Positions 1 through 12,244 are shown, numbered from the whole stretch's first letter. The stretch is DNA of 63,989 nucleotides, filler included, from Collodictyon triciliatum (GCA_043381765.1; 27 parts of 27 records of this genome joined end to end with filler, not necessarily neighbours in it), one strand, 5' to 3'. Made by a program: numbers and translations. The notes: generated by a model from the sequence alone, not told the origin.

Positions 1-273
1 TATGAATATTGATGTCCATCTGAATTATTATCATTTTTGTGACTGGTTTTCATGAAGTTGTTTTGATGATATATGCAGATAAATGAATAGTTTAATAATT
101 AAAAATCAAAAGAGTCGAAGAGTAAAATCATATGAGAAAAGGAATGAGTGATAGTGATGGGATTATAATAATAAAATTTTCTTTAAATAGTGCAAGTTTT
201 CTCATGTAATCATATGTAAAAATATTTTATTTTAACGTTGTTATGGTATGGATAAATTATATTCATGCACAAG

Positions 274-2304
274 GAATAATTGTGTTCTCTGCCGGAATGA
301 ACGTTGATATTCGAAAGAATACTATCAGTGTTGATGAGGTAAGCACTCATTTGATTAAATATTTTGACAATATTCTATAATCATTATGTTACAAACGATG
401 GACGAATTGACACGCTATTGCTCAGGTCTCTCCAAGCTGGACCTCCCATCAACCGGACCACCCCACAGCTGGAAAAAATGACGCCACGAATGGATCTATT
501 GATACATCTGATTTCCTCAGGCTTGTTAAGCATCTCTTTGATGTCTGTTCTGGTGCTTACAAACCACCTAGGTTTTCATTACCTCTTAAATAATTGATAG
601 AATTTTTTTATTTAATATTAGTATTTAATTTTTTTTAATAAAATGTGTGAGAGGAATTATTTAAAATCTCACATAACAAACAGCCCTTATCTTGACGAAG
701 AAAAATGTGATGGAGTACATCAAGTGGATTCGAGAATTCGATGTGAGTCTTTATTTATGTCACTTGTTGATACATATTGATGTAATGTTCGTAAAACTGT
801 GTCTATCCCAATTAAAAAAAACTGTTTTGATGATAGACGTTCGTGAATGGAGCCGTCAAACTGCGATTGGGTCAACGCCACTGGATAACCTTGGGAGTGC
901 GATGCGCTCCGAACTCGTTGTTCCTCCAAACATCGACCCAAATATTCTGGATGACGAAATGTGCTTCAGTGAATCTATCAGTCACGCATTTCGCAGTGAT
1001 GGGGTTTATGAGTTGGGTCCCAATATCAGAGGAGGAGGAAATGGATTGTCACGAATGGCCCGCACCAATATTACTGATTCAGCCCGCAGGCCTAGCACTC
1101 CTGTTGACCCAACGGTTGATGTTGTCGAAACCCTGTCGAAGTTATATGAAGTTTTTCAGTCAACTTCAGGAAACTCTAATCTAGGTCAAAACCTTTCAAA
1201 TATTTCCCTGCAATTGACTCAGGTGCTCGCGTCTCAGTTATTGATGAGCCCTACCAAGGAAGAGGATATCAAACTCGTTGAACGCCTTGTTGCGCTTCAT
1301 ATTTCTTGGGTTGAGAAGCAAGCAGCCGTTCAGACTCAGAGCCAACGAGAACAAGCTGACATTGCTGAGAAGCAAGCAGCCATGCAGACACAGATCCAAC
1401 GAGAACAAGCTGACATTGCTGAGAAGCAAGCAGCCATCCAGACTCAGAGCCAACGAGAACAAGCAGCTATCCAGACTCAGAGCCAACGAGAACAAAACGA
1501 ATCTAAGCAAAGGTTAATTCAGAACCTTATCGATCAGGTCACACGACTGCCAGCATCTGAGCAAACATCGCAAGTGATTGATTCATTGGTGCGCGCTATT
1601 TCGCCACAAGGAGCATATTCGAGCTCTAGTCAAGCAAATGCAGTCGTATTCTCACCTACGCTGCAATCTTATGATAACGTTGCTGTCAATACAAGCCAAC
1701 AATCCAGCGATAATATTACTCCCACTACTCCATCGATTCCAACAAATCCTGTTGCAGTTCAACCAAAACCTCATAATATTTCGCAAATCCCACCTCAGCA
1801 AGGAGCAACACCGACAACACCGGCATCAAATCAGTCCGGAGCAAACCAACCGACAGGACACCCTGCTGGCAGTGCGACAGAGACTCCACAAAGTGATGGC
1901 AACACAAATCCGCAGGCAAATGCAGGACGGAGTAATTCAACAAATTCTACACAAAGTGCTGGTAATACAAATCCGCAGGCAAATGCAGGACCGAGTAATA
2001 CAACAAATTCTACACAAAGTGCTGGTAATACAAATGCGCAAGCAAATGCAGGAACGAGTAACTCAACAAATTCTACACAAAGTGCTGGTAACACAAATCC
2101 GCAGGCAAATGCAGGACGGAGTAATTCAACAAATTCTACACAAAGTGCTGGTAATACAAATCCGCAGGCAAATGCAGGAACAAGTAGTCCAACAAATGTT
2201 TCAGGAGAAACTCATGCGAATGCCTCCGAGCTTGCAAAAGCCATATCTGAGCAACGAGACCAACAATCTGGAAATAATGCCGATAAAAAAAGAGCTCTTC
2301 GAAT
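274..2304 (+). CDS. Partial multi-exon gene for an unknown Q/S/T/N-rich repeat protein
   Basis: GT-AG exons near 274-338, 426-571 and 684-742 splice in frame into a long exon from ~837 that stays open to the contig end. Internal repeats are in frame. Confidence 0.6.
1311..1497 (+). repeat. Coding 54-bp tandem repeat (EKQAAxQTQSQREQADIA)
   Basis: gagaagcaagcagcc recurs at 54-nt spacing, followed by truncated copies. Confidence 0.85.
1885..2195 (+). repeat. Coding 63-bp tandem repeat (NPQANAGxSNSTNSTQSAGNT), ~4.5 copies
   Basis: aatccgcaggcaaatgcagga recurs every 63 nt. Confidence 0.9.
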
Positions 2305-2404
2305 NNNNNNNNNNNNNNNNNNNNNNNNNNNNNNNNNNNNNNNNNNNNTTAATTAATTAANNNNNNNNNNNNNNNNNNNNNNNNNNNNNNNNNNNNNNNN
2401 NNNN
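2305..2404. other. Artificial contig linker (N44-TTAATTAATTAA-N44); first of 26, recurring about every 2.39 kb up to 61998-62097
   Basis: An identical 100-nt spacer with stop codons in all six frames recurs at regular intervals. Flanking contigs are about 2.28-2.30 kb and most end in simple repeats. Confidence 0.98.
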
Positions 2405-3476
2405 CATACTTTTTTCCATTCTGTACACCATAATAACCACCATTGCCATCGGCATTGATAGTTATCTGCGAAATACCATTTGTAAATGCAATTACTTTAC
2501 CGATTGGACTACCGTCTTTTGCCACACCTGTAACTCTTTCTGACGCAAACGTGGATATTGGAGTATGTCCAGATGGTACTTTTTGTTCACCCTTCATATA
2601 TTCAGCCATAGCCCTGTTTTGCACTTGCAATTTTTTTATAATATCTAGTCGTTTTATTAACTCCTGTTCGTCTTCATCTGCATATTGAATGTACTGTGCC
2701 CCGATTTTATCAAATTCTTTGATTAATTCCGGCTTTTTCATCGTCGCATATTCTTGACCATAATAATATTCTAATCCCTCTCGAGTAGATACCTCAGGTA
2801 TATAAAATTCTTCTTCTTGTGTAATAGGATTAATTGTCAACGGATTGATATTAATTCCATATTTCATATCAACATCTTCATTATCATCATATTGTTGTTG
2901 CATATCATTTACTTCATCTTCAGTCAATCTTGAAAATCGTGGGTCTCTTTGCGGTCCTAGCGCATTTGCAATTTGAATATCTCCAGCTCTGATTTCTGCT
3001 CGACCAGCTACACCCGGTTGTCTTTGCAGTCCTTGCAATTCACCTTGTACAGCTGCTAGTCTTTGGTTTGTTGTTTCCAATGCACCAGTCATCGCAGTTT
3101 GAATTTGCGCAGCTGATGGCCCACGTGCAGCTGCAGCTGCAGGTGCAGGCGCTGGCTGTTGAATATTTGATATTGCACCAGATACCGCATCTAGTTTTCT
3201 ATTAGTACCTACTAATGCATCTGTAAATGCTCTTTTCATTGCCTCCGTAAATTGTTGAAGTCCCATTTGTACACCCACAGGTGGGTCAGCCTGACCTGCT
3301 GGTGCTTGCGCTGCTTGCTGTCTTGGAGGTCCACTAGACGATGAAGCAAGTTGTGATGAACTACCTGCGCCTCCAGGTGAACTAGAAGCGGATAATGTAC
3401 CAGCTCCTGGTCTTGGTGCTAAAGATGATGGTGGTGCGCCTTGAATTTGTGGTTGCTTTCCTGGTGGTTGACTCAT
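2405..3476 (-). CDS. Intronless hypothetical protein (P/A/Q-rich N-terminus, coiled coil, acidic region), 3'-partial, possibly viral
   Basis: ORF of more than 350 codons. The ATG is preceded by the AT-only spacer ttttttatttaataatat, 19 nt after the upstream stop codon. Confidence 0.75.
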
Positions 3477-3495
3477 ATATTATTAAATAAAAAAA

Positions 3496-4704
3496 TTATT
3501 TATCAAGTCGAATATCTAAATAAAATTTACCTTCTACAACCCAAATTCGTAGTGTATTAGGTGGGACTCTATTGCTGTACTTTTTTTTTACTTGCCACTG
3601 AAAGCTTTCCTCCTCTGTAATCGTTGGACCCCTACGCTGTCCTCCTTGCGTTTCATCTACATATTCATATTGAAATGCCGGTTGATCTAAATCTTGTGGG
3701 TCTGCACGTATTATTTGCAAACCTTGAATATAAGGGTCATCTTCATCTTCTTTTTCATATTCCATTGCTATCAAAGCTCGTTCATATTCATTTTCAATCA
3801 TCGGTTCATATTCTAATAATAATAGTGGTGGTTCAGGTTGTACTGTGGCCTGGGAGCTACTTGAGGAACCTGGTGGAAGTCGTAATTCTAATGGAACCAT
3901 TGCATTGTAATACTCAGGACCTTTAATAGATAGTCCTTTTTTTTGATATATTTCTATAATTTTTTGTGTTGGTCCATTTGAAACATCATATGAGTATTTA
4001 TATTTAGTCATTTGCCCTTTTGCATTTTCTCTTTCGTCTTCAATAATTTCAATAAAGCGGTTTCGAATCGGCGCAGGTAATTGTTTTTCTATTATATATT
4101 CAAATCTAAAATTTAAATCATATTCATCTACTTCTAATTTCAATTCTGGAACACCATCTTTATAATTATATGGATTCATATAATATTCAGTTGTTGGTAA
4201 TTTTGATACATCTTCATCTAATAAATATATTCTAGGGTTAGATAATTTGTCATAAACAGCACTACTACTCGCGCAAATTTTATAAAAATCAACAGGCATA
4301 CCTTTTTTTGCAATATGTAGTTCTTTTAAAAATTCAAGGCGTCGTTCATTTTCTGGTTTTCTGAGGACTCTATCCATTGATGTCATAAATTGGGGTAATG
4401 TTGAAAAAGTTACAGAATGTAAACTGCCAGGACCAAGTTTAAAATCGCTTATTGCTCTTTGGTCTTTTTCTGAAGGTGTATTCCATACAATCTGAAGATA
4501 TTTATCCCAAAGTTGATCCACACCATTGGCTATCATTCCACGTGGATAATTTCCTGATTTAATATTTGCCTTTTGAATTCTTTCTAGAAATGTAGCAAAA
4601 TCATCATTAAATATAGGTCTCAAATATTTATTATAAAACTGTTCCATAGTTAAATTTTCAGTGGGAAACAAATTTCGAGCTAGACTTGTTTGCGGTGAGG
4701 GTCC
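3496..4704 (-). CDS. Intronless hypothetical protein, 5'-partial, possibly viral
   Basis: About 400-codon ORF open from the contig edge, with strongly A/T-ending codons and no introns. Confidence 0.75.
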   Translation of the reverse strand, partial: GPSPQTSLARNLFPTENLTMEQFYNKYLRPIFNDDFATFLERIQKANIKSGNYPRGMIANGVDQLWDKYLQIVWNTPSEKDQRAISDFKLGPGSLHSVTFSTLPQFMTSMDRVLRKPENERRLEFLKELHIAKKGMPVDFYKICASSSAVYDKLSNPRIYLLDEDVSKLPTTEYYMNPYNYKDGVPELKLEVDEYDLNFRFEYIIEKQLPAPIRNRFIEIIEDERENAKGQMTKYKYSYDVSNGPTQKIIEIYQKKGLSIKGPEYYNAMVPLELRLPPGSSSSSQATVQPEPPLLLLEYEPMIENEYERALIAMEYEKEDEDDPYIQGLQIIRADPQDLDQPAFQYEYVDETQGGQRRGPTITEEESFQWQVKKKYSNRVPPNTLRIWVVEGKFYLDIRLDK

Positions 4705-4804
4705 NNNNNNNNNNNNNNNNNNNNNNNNNNNNNNNNNNNNNNNNNNNNTTAATTAATTAANNNNNNNNNNNNNNNNNNNNNNNNNNNNNNNNNNNNNNNN
4801 NNNN

Positions 4805-4898
<94 letters not shown>

Positions 4899-4905
4899 AT
4901 TCTAG

Positions 4906-6110
4906 CCCAAATCCCTACTACTAGGCATTCTCTAAGAAGCACGAAAATATATGTTCTTCAGCGCTTTTTCGACCTGGGAGGAATGATGAAATCATATCTG
5001 GTGGAATGGATTATCGTGTAAGCTGGAAGAAAACAAACGTCTTATTTGATACTAATTTCATACACAATTTAATTAAAAGTGTGTTGCTGAGAATAATTGG
5101 CTTTAGGGTAAAATATTTATTAGGATTCCTAGTCAAATGTTATCTTGCTTCTATGATTATCTCACATGCGTTCTATAGGTTTTGTGCTTTAACGCGTCTC
5201 GCGGGAAGAATTCAGTCGATCTACATCTGCGTAAGAGAGGATTCAAAAACGATTCCATAATTCGAACAAATAACTAACGCGCACGACTAATCAACTAAAA
5301 AAATTTAAAAAATATGAAACGACATGAACATTTCTATCGCAGTTAAGTCCAAAGATGACAGCAGTTTGGATGATATCGGAGGTGCAAATGCCTGTTTCAA
5401 TCCACCCCTGATTCATGACATTTCGGCATCCCCGGATTCTTCTCTCATATGCGCAGGTCGCCAGGACGGTGTGGCGTCGCTGATTCATATTGAAAGAGGA
5501 AAGTTTGTGGGACACCTAGCCTCTGGCCATCGAAATGCGATATCCAGCACGTATGTGCTTAATGGCCTTAAATCTTGAAAGAAAGGAAAAAGAAAGCAAA
5601 GCAGATGGTTTTGTCAAACGTCAGACTATATCTAAACTGTGATTATGACTCTTCATCAGCGTGTTCGACCCCGTCTGTCAAACAGGTTGGAAGCTTATTA
5701 CTGCTGGAATTGATGGAAATATATGCTCCTGGAAATTGAAATTAAAAACAATGCCATCATCGGCAGGGCGAAAGGGCCATTCCCAACAAAGGGTAGGTCT
5801 TAGTGATTCTTGTCTCTTGGTTCTTTCTTTCTTTTTTTTCTTTGCATAATTTGTTATATTAATTCAATTTAGATTTCGCAACAAACGAACGAATTGATTT
5901 TCAGAAAACATCCCACAACAATTTAACCCGATACTCTGCATGCAGGGCGGCGCAGGGCTGTTTGTCGAAAGCCAGCTGCTACAGACGGTAGTCCATGGAG
6001 ACAAGATTGGTGTGAGCATACTGGCCCAAACATCCTCATCAAGTCACTATGTTGTTGGTGATTTGTCATCCGACATCACGATGTATCGCTACACACAACC
6101 CCCGCAGTAA
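4906..6110 (+). CDS. WDR53: WD40 protein, WDR53-like, 5'-partial, multi-exon
   Basis: Spliced translation HENICSSALFRP..IISGGMD, FNPPLIHDISAS..GRQDG and HGDKI..VGDLSSDITMY matches recalled WDR53 motifs (HSNICSSVAFRP, NPALAHSI, HGEKV). Confidence 0.75.
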
Positions 6111-6395
6111 AGCAGTTGCGCATCCTCCCAGATTGTCATTAAACCTCGCTCGTTCTGTTGCTTGGATATGGCCTTGATATCCATTTCCGCGTCGTCTTCA
6201 TAATTGCAATCCCAGCCATAGTCGGGTCTTCTTTTTTCTGTGGGTGTCATTAGGAATGAGACAGATGCATGCGGGAGCCACTTCAAGCATCAGCGACAGA
6301 AGGGCGGCTCTCTTTTATTTATATAAATAAAGGAGAAATCATCGTCAAATCCTGAATCTGTCGTCTGGGATGCGTGTCTTTGGTGTCTGCCAGGT

Positions 6396-6722
6396 TTAGC
6401 GTTTGAAGAGGTTCCTTGTGGTTTCCAAGAAGCGATTGGCGAGATTGTATTTGCGTTCCGGAGGTGGATTAGGGTTGGCGCGCTTCACATTGTCCAGGAA
6501 GTCAGACCTGTGTTGTTTATTGTGGGAAGAAAAGAAGAAACAGATGTCGTCAGGAGTATAAAAAAATAATATGCAGAACACCTCGAATGCCTGTGGAGAT
6601 GGGTACGCAGTGAGATTGTATGGGTTTGAAAATAGCGAAGTTATTGGAAGGGAAATAAAGATATTGTTCGTCCTCTACCTTGCGCGACTTTGCATATTTG
6701 AGCCACAGCCAAGCGTGGCCAT
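6396..6722 (-). CDS. Small 54-aa hypothetical protein; exons 6722-6679, 6590-6582, 6507-6396
   Basis: ATG in a ccATGG context and phase-2 GT-AG introns give MATLGCGSNMQSRARHSRSDFLDNVKRANPNPPPERKYNLANRFLETTRNLFKR*. Confidence 0.5.
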
Positions 6723-7782
6723 GGAGGTCAGCTGCTTGTGAGTGTAATACTAAAAGAATTGGTGAATGATGACTGTTTGGGAATGTGTTAATACATATGA
6801 AAAACTATTAATTTCTTTGTGTCAATTTTGTATCTGACGAGTAGTAAATTAGTGTCTGTATTTGCTTACGGGATGACTTCGAGCCCATTCGATAAAGTCT
6901 TTCTCGTTATGAAAGAAGGATGCCACGTAATCTGCGATGAATTTAATCCGTGCGATTTTTCTGATATACGTTTTTTTGTTTTGATTTTAATTACTTTATT
7001 TCATGTTATGTTATGTTATGTTATGTTATGTTATGTTATGTTATGTTATGTTATGTTATGTTATGTTATGTTATGTTATGTTATGTTATGTTATGTTATG
7101 TTATNNNNNNNNNNNNNNNNNNNNNNNNNNNNNNNNNNNNNNNNNNNNTTAATTAATTAANNNNNNNNNNNNNNNNNNNNNNNNNNNNNNNNNNNNNNNN
7201 NNNNTGTTTTTTGTGTTTTTTGTGTTTTTTGTGTTTTTTGTGTTTTTTGTGTTTTTTGTGTTTTTTGTGTTTTTTGTGTTTGATCTCCTGCATTTCACAA
7301 GTCCCGCTTTTCAGGGAAATTGGGTTTTTGGCCTTTCACTGAAAATTCTCAACTCCAATTTTAGGTTAGTATGAGTGCACTACAATGACCCAAACTGGGA
7401 TACTCGGACAGTGATAGGCGGGGTTAAAGGATTTATTTAAAATGCTATCATTTATATATATTTATAATAATTATTATCATTTCAGTCCGCCATATTTGCA
7501 ATATTATATTGTAAAAGGGTAGATATATATTATTTCCAGATTGTAACATACGGTACATTCATTTCTGAACTTGCATTAATCCGAAGCGATCTGTGTTTAT
7601 CCGCCAAAGTCTTATTTTCGCTCGCAATAGTAGAGCAGAGGAGCAAAAGCGTGATTGATTCATGACTCAAGGTCTTTTACCTCATAAACGTATACTCATC
7701 TCTTCAGCTTTCATTCTTGCGGATAAAAAAAAAAAAAAACCACAAAGAGGATCATAGAAGGTTTGCTTCTGAATTCCGGGCT

Positions 7783-9464
7783 ATGTTGGGTTACCGCCGC
7801 CGAGAAACTACCCCTCGTGACATACTTACGGTACTCTACAACACTGGAGACGCTGAGACGACAAAACGTATGCCTTTAGATAACTTTACTGACCAATCGT
7901 TCCTAATATAATATTTTTTTAATTTTCTTTGTTATTGATGACCCCTTTTTTTTTCATAAATGGCAGATTCTTTATATTACTTTTTCTTTTTCACGTATAA
8001 CGATCACAAACTATAATTATCTCACGACTGTTGCAAAAGTTATGCCAACAGCCTTTAAAATTCTTCGTAATTCATACGGATATGCATTTTTCCTCAATTT
8101 TTTATGATATGATATTGTTTGGTGATATGTTTAGTGCTCCTGGTTGAGTTGTTGGAAAGCCCGATAGCCAGAGAAGAAGATTTATGGGATTTTCTGAAAT
8201 ATGGAGTTTCGATATTCGTAAACCCTTGCTACGTTTATTTGACTGATATTTTTCTTGAGGGATGTCTCCCGGCTTTAAAAAAATGTTTTCGCGAGGAAGA
8301 GATTCTGTCAAATCTGCTATCATCAGTACACCAGGTGATTAAAAGTACAAATAATCCCTCAAAACACGGAGATAAAATGAATAAGAAAACACTAAAGCAG
8401 GATTCTTTTTTTTTTTACATGGAACGACCTTTTTAAAGAGCCTACCCAGCTAATATACACTAATTTCATGTTTGATAAAAAAAAATTACAGGGATATCGA
8501 TTTCGATTCATACTTTACTTGATATCCAGTAAGTGACTGCATGCATTTTTATTTATATCGAAACAAACTTGAATTAAATTCATATCATTTACCCAATCAA
8601 ATTCCATCCAAAAACCAAGACCATCAAAAATTTGGCGTGAAAGACATCCCTTTCCTGCTTGGTTGTGTTGGGAATAGTACTAGTTCATTCCAAGAGCTAT
8701 CAGTAAATGAGAAGGTTTTGATTCCTCGCTATTTGGATTCATGGTATGCATATAATTTTCAACTTTCTAGCGAGTTGATTTTCTAGATCAATTTTTTTTC
8801 ATGTAAAATGATAATAGTTAGCCTTCTGTTCGATTTATCCCTACTATGCGATCGATCGAAATTTCGACCAGCATATGCCTCTAACGGAATCAATTGTAAG
8901 GAATGACAAAATATTCAACTCCGAACCGAGAGTCTAGCAATTAAGAAGTCCTCTAAGTCTAATTTTGCATCGATTTTAGAACACTGCCGTGGCTCTTATA
9001 ATGGAACATGACTGCAGAGTCTTTGATACGGAGATAGTCAAAATATTCTTCTCTAGGATATCAAAAATCACAAAGTATTCATAATTAGCCTTTGCATAAA
9101 TTATGTAAATTCATAGTTATTTTAAGTATTTTCTTACCAAATTTTCGCAGGAAATCAATTGCATCGGTAATTGAGAAAGCTTTCACGAATTATAAAGCAA
9201 ACGAATCTTTACAAAATGCAGAGTCATTATGCTTGATTTTGAATTGCCTACCAGAGGATACACTATCAGTAAGTCTTGGAATAATAATTCAAGTTTATTT
9301 TTATTTGAAATTTGATTGTAAACTTGCTTATCATTAATAATTACTAATTTTTTTTAAAAAGGACCTTCCTTTGATTTTCAATCATGCATTCAGCCAAATA
9401 CCCGATGAGATGTTGGTAATTCCCTTTCAAATCATCTTAGATGCCCCTTTGACCAATACTGCAG
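7783..9464 (+). CDS. Multi-exon Leu-rich helical (HEAT/ARM-like) protein, 3'-partial, family unassigned
   Basis: Phase-compatible GT-AG exons (e.g. 8134-8333, 8491-8528, 8979-9074, 9151-9292). Confidence 0.5.
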
Positions 9465-9778
9465 GTTATTCAAATTAAAATTCATATGCTGACACAATTA
9501 TNNNNNNNNNNNNNNNNNNNNNNNNNNNNNNNNNNNNNNNNNNNNTTAATTAATTAANNNNNNNNNNNNNNNNNNNNNNNNNNNNNNNNNNNNNNNNNNN
9601 NTATTATTGTTATTATTGTTATTATTGTTATTATTGTTATTATTGTTATTATTGTTATTATTGTTATTATTGTTATTATTGTTATTATTGTTATTATTAT
9701 TGTTATATAACATGTCGCGAGCCATTAGCCAACCTTTCCTCGAATCAAACCTTTCTGCTAACTTTATTCTTGTGGTAG

Positions 9779-10625
9779 GGCTGGGAAAACCTGCGCAATA
9801 TGGACATATCCAACAGTCGTGCTGACAAGAATGATTTTCTTATACAAGCGCCATTTATAATCCTTTTTTTTTGTTCCAATTTTATTTTATGACTTTGGCC
9901 ATGAACTCTGTATGTAAAAAAGAAAGAATAAACAACCCGTGTGACTCTCCACACCTTATTCATTTTAACCGGCCTTCCTCCTGTTCGACAACCTATTCTG
10001 CCTATACGAAACGAAACTTTTTGAACAGGCTCTTTGACTCATAACACATTCTACAATCCGGCCAAATACACCACCGCATACAACCCGACCAACGGGGTCG
10101 GGCAGCAACTTATCCAAACCACTTGCGATGGGCTGAAGATGTCTCTCCAGGTATCCATATATCCACGAACCCACAAGTTCATGTTATCATTTTAGTACCA
10201 TCCTTCCTCTTCCTTGTCTTCACTCAACCATGGGAAATCATCTTCAGTTTTGGGATGCAAGCGGAAATCGTAGCCTAGTCGACGCAATCCGGTCTTACTA
10301 TAGCGACTGTGAGATGTGCATCTTCACCTTTGATGCTACAAACTTGGCGACTTTGGATAACCTGGACTTTTGGTATCAGAGTTTCATGGATTACCTCAAA
10401 ACCACAAGAAAAACAAACTTTCCATTCGCTCTTATCGCAACAAAGATTGAGAGCACTCCTGCTGGAAGCACCTACAAGGAGGCTGGTCTTGCCTGGGCGA
10501 AGGCACGCGGAAATATGCCTTTCTATGAAGTGTCTGCGCGTGACAATCTCAACATGCAGCCCACGCTCCAGGCTATCTCGAAGCAGCTCTTGACTCGATA
10601 CTATTACCCTACAAATCCCCAATAA
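9779..10625 (+). CDS. Divergent Rab7/Rab9-like small GTPase, 5'-partial; exons 9779-9805, 10048-10150, 10248-10625
   Basis: G1 AGKT, effector YNPTNG, G3 LQFWDASG, FPFALIATK and GNMPFYEVSAR resemble Rab7 motifs (FPFVVLGNK, NIPYFETSAK). Confidence 0.85.
9806..10047 (+). other. AT-AC (U12-type, minor spliceosome) intron
   Basis: 5' ATATCC, branch-like TCTTTGAC at 10031-10038 and 3' CAC. Removing it restores GKTCAIWT|FYNPAKYTTAYNPTNG, collinear with Rab7. Confidence 0.8.
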
Positions 10626-11294
10626 AAGGATAATACACGTTTATAAACTCCAGATAATATGATGGGTATTTAAGGAGCTTGTGGGCAAGGGAAAAAAAGA
10701 GAAACTGTAATTGGCACGCCAAGAATGATATATTTCTTGTAAGCAGGTAGAAATAGGCCTCAATCACATAATTTTTGTTCTTTTTTAAAATTATTTTATT
10801 TTTGGCTTGGTCTTGGTCTTGGTTATCTATTAGCTTCAGGATTTGGTTATTGATATTAATTGTTATAGCGCAACACCAAACAATCCTTAAATCAAAAATC
10901 TACCAAATAGCCTCAAACTTAATACTTGTTTGAATCTTATCCACCTAATTCGATATTTATATACGGGGTAGTAAGTGGAAACAGGAAAAGAAATAAATGT
11001 TCCTGAGACTGTGCGCTACTTTTGCTATTGAAGAGGTATATACTATAGCTGCAATGTGTCCAAATGAAGGAGAAAAAAAAAGGCATGCGGTGTAGCAAAC
11101 GGTACTATATATTCCTGGTCAACAAATATATTGATTTTTTTTTGGAGGAGAAAAAAGATAAACAGAGCACAAAAACATTATGTCGCATGATTTTATTCAC
11201 CTTTATTTTTAACCCACCTACAAGAAGAAATAATATATTGACAGACAGTGATTCAAGCAATATCCATCGGTGTAATCATATAAGATTTTGTGAT

Positions 11295-11759
11295 TGAAAT
11301 TTAAGTAGGCACGAAATCTCATCTGCTTTCTTGCGCTTCACTATGGTTTATATATATTGAACTTAACATATATGTGTCAAAAGGAAAATATAAATCATAT
11401 CTAATTCGATTTTTTTTTTGTAGGTATATCATAAAAAAATTCTGAGAAGAGAAAAGAGATTACGAATTTGCAATAAATTCGCACCAAAGTGTTCAATTTC
11501 AATCGTTGGGCAAGTCGACCACCTCAACGGTAGTTCAAATGATTCAGCCATACGAACTTCATGGTATTTCTTCTGTAGATTATTCTCAATTTTTCGAAGA
11601 TTGTGAGGATTGAAATGTTCTGTGGATGGTTTGACGATTCAATAGATGTGAAATTTAATGCCAAATAAGTTCTGGTTTAAAAACAATGGTATATGTATAA
11701 ATGATGTACCATTTGACATGCCATCATCATCCAAATTCAGGCTCAGGTCCAAATCAACT
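11295..11759 (-). CDS. 3' exons of an unknown gene
   Basis: GT-AG bounded open segments (DLDLSLNLDDDG; EHFNPHNLRKIENNLQKKY...). Confidence 0.4.
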
Positions 11760-12045
11760 ATTTTGTTGTTGTTGTTGTTGTTGTTTTGTTATTGTTTTGT
11801 TGTTGTTTTGTTGTTGTTTTGTTGTTGTTTTGTTGTTGTTTTGTTGTTGTTTTGTTGTTGTTTTGTTGTTGTTTTGTTGTTGTTTTGTTGTTGTTTTGNN
11901 NNNNNNNNNNNNNNNNNNNNNNNNNNNNNNNNNNNNNNNNNNTTAATTAATTAANNNNNNNNNNNNNNNNNNNNNNNNNNNNNNNNNNNNNNNNNNNNAA
12001 CAAAAACAAAAAACAAAACAAAAACAAAAAACAAAAACAAAAAAA

Positions 12046-12124
<79 letters not shown>

Positions 12125-12244
12125 AAAAAAAAAACAAAAAAAAACAAAAAAACAAAAAAAACAGAAACAGAAACAGAAACAAGCATGGGGTTAAGCATAG
12201 ATATAAACATAGGCAGACTATAAAACCACGCCCCAGAAACTTAC

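Noticed and set aside
7283-7428. Possible piggyBac end (GGGG|TTAA)
   Set aside because: Only a short motif; there is no matching second terminus or transposase.
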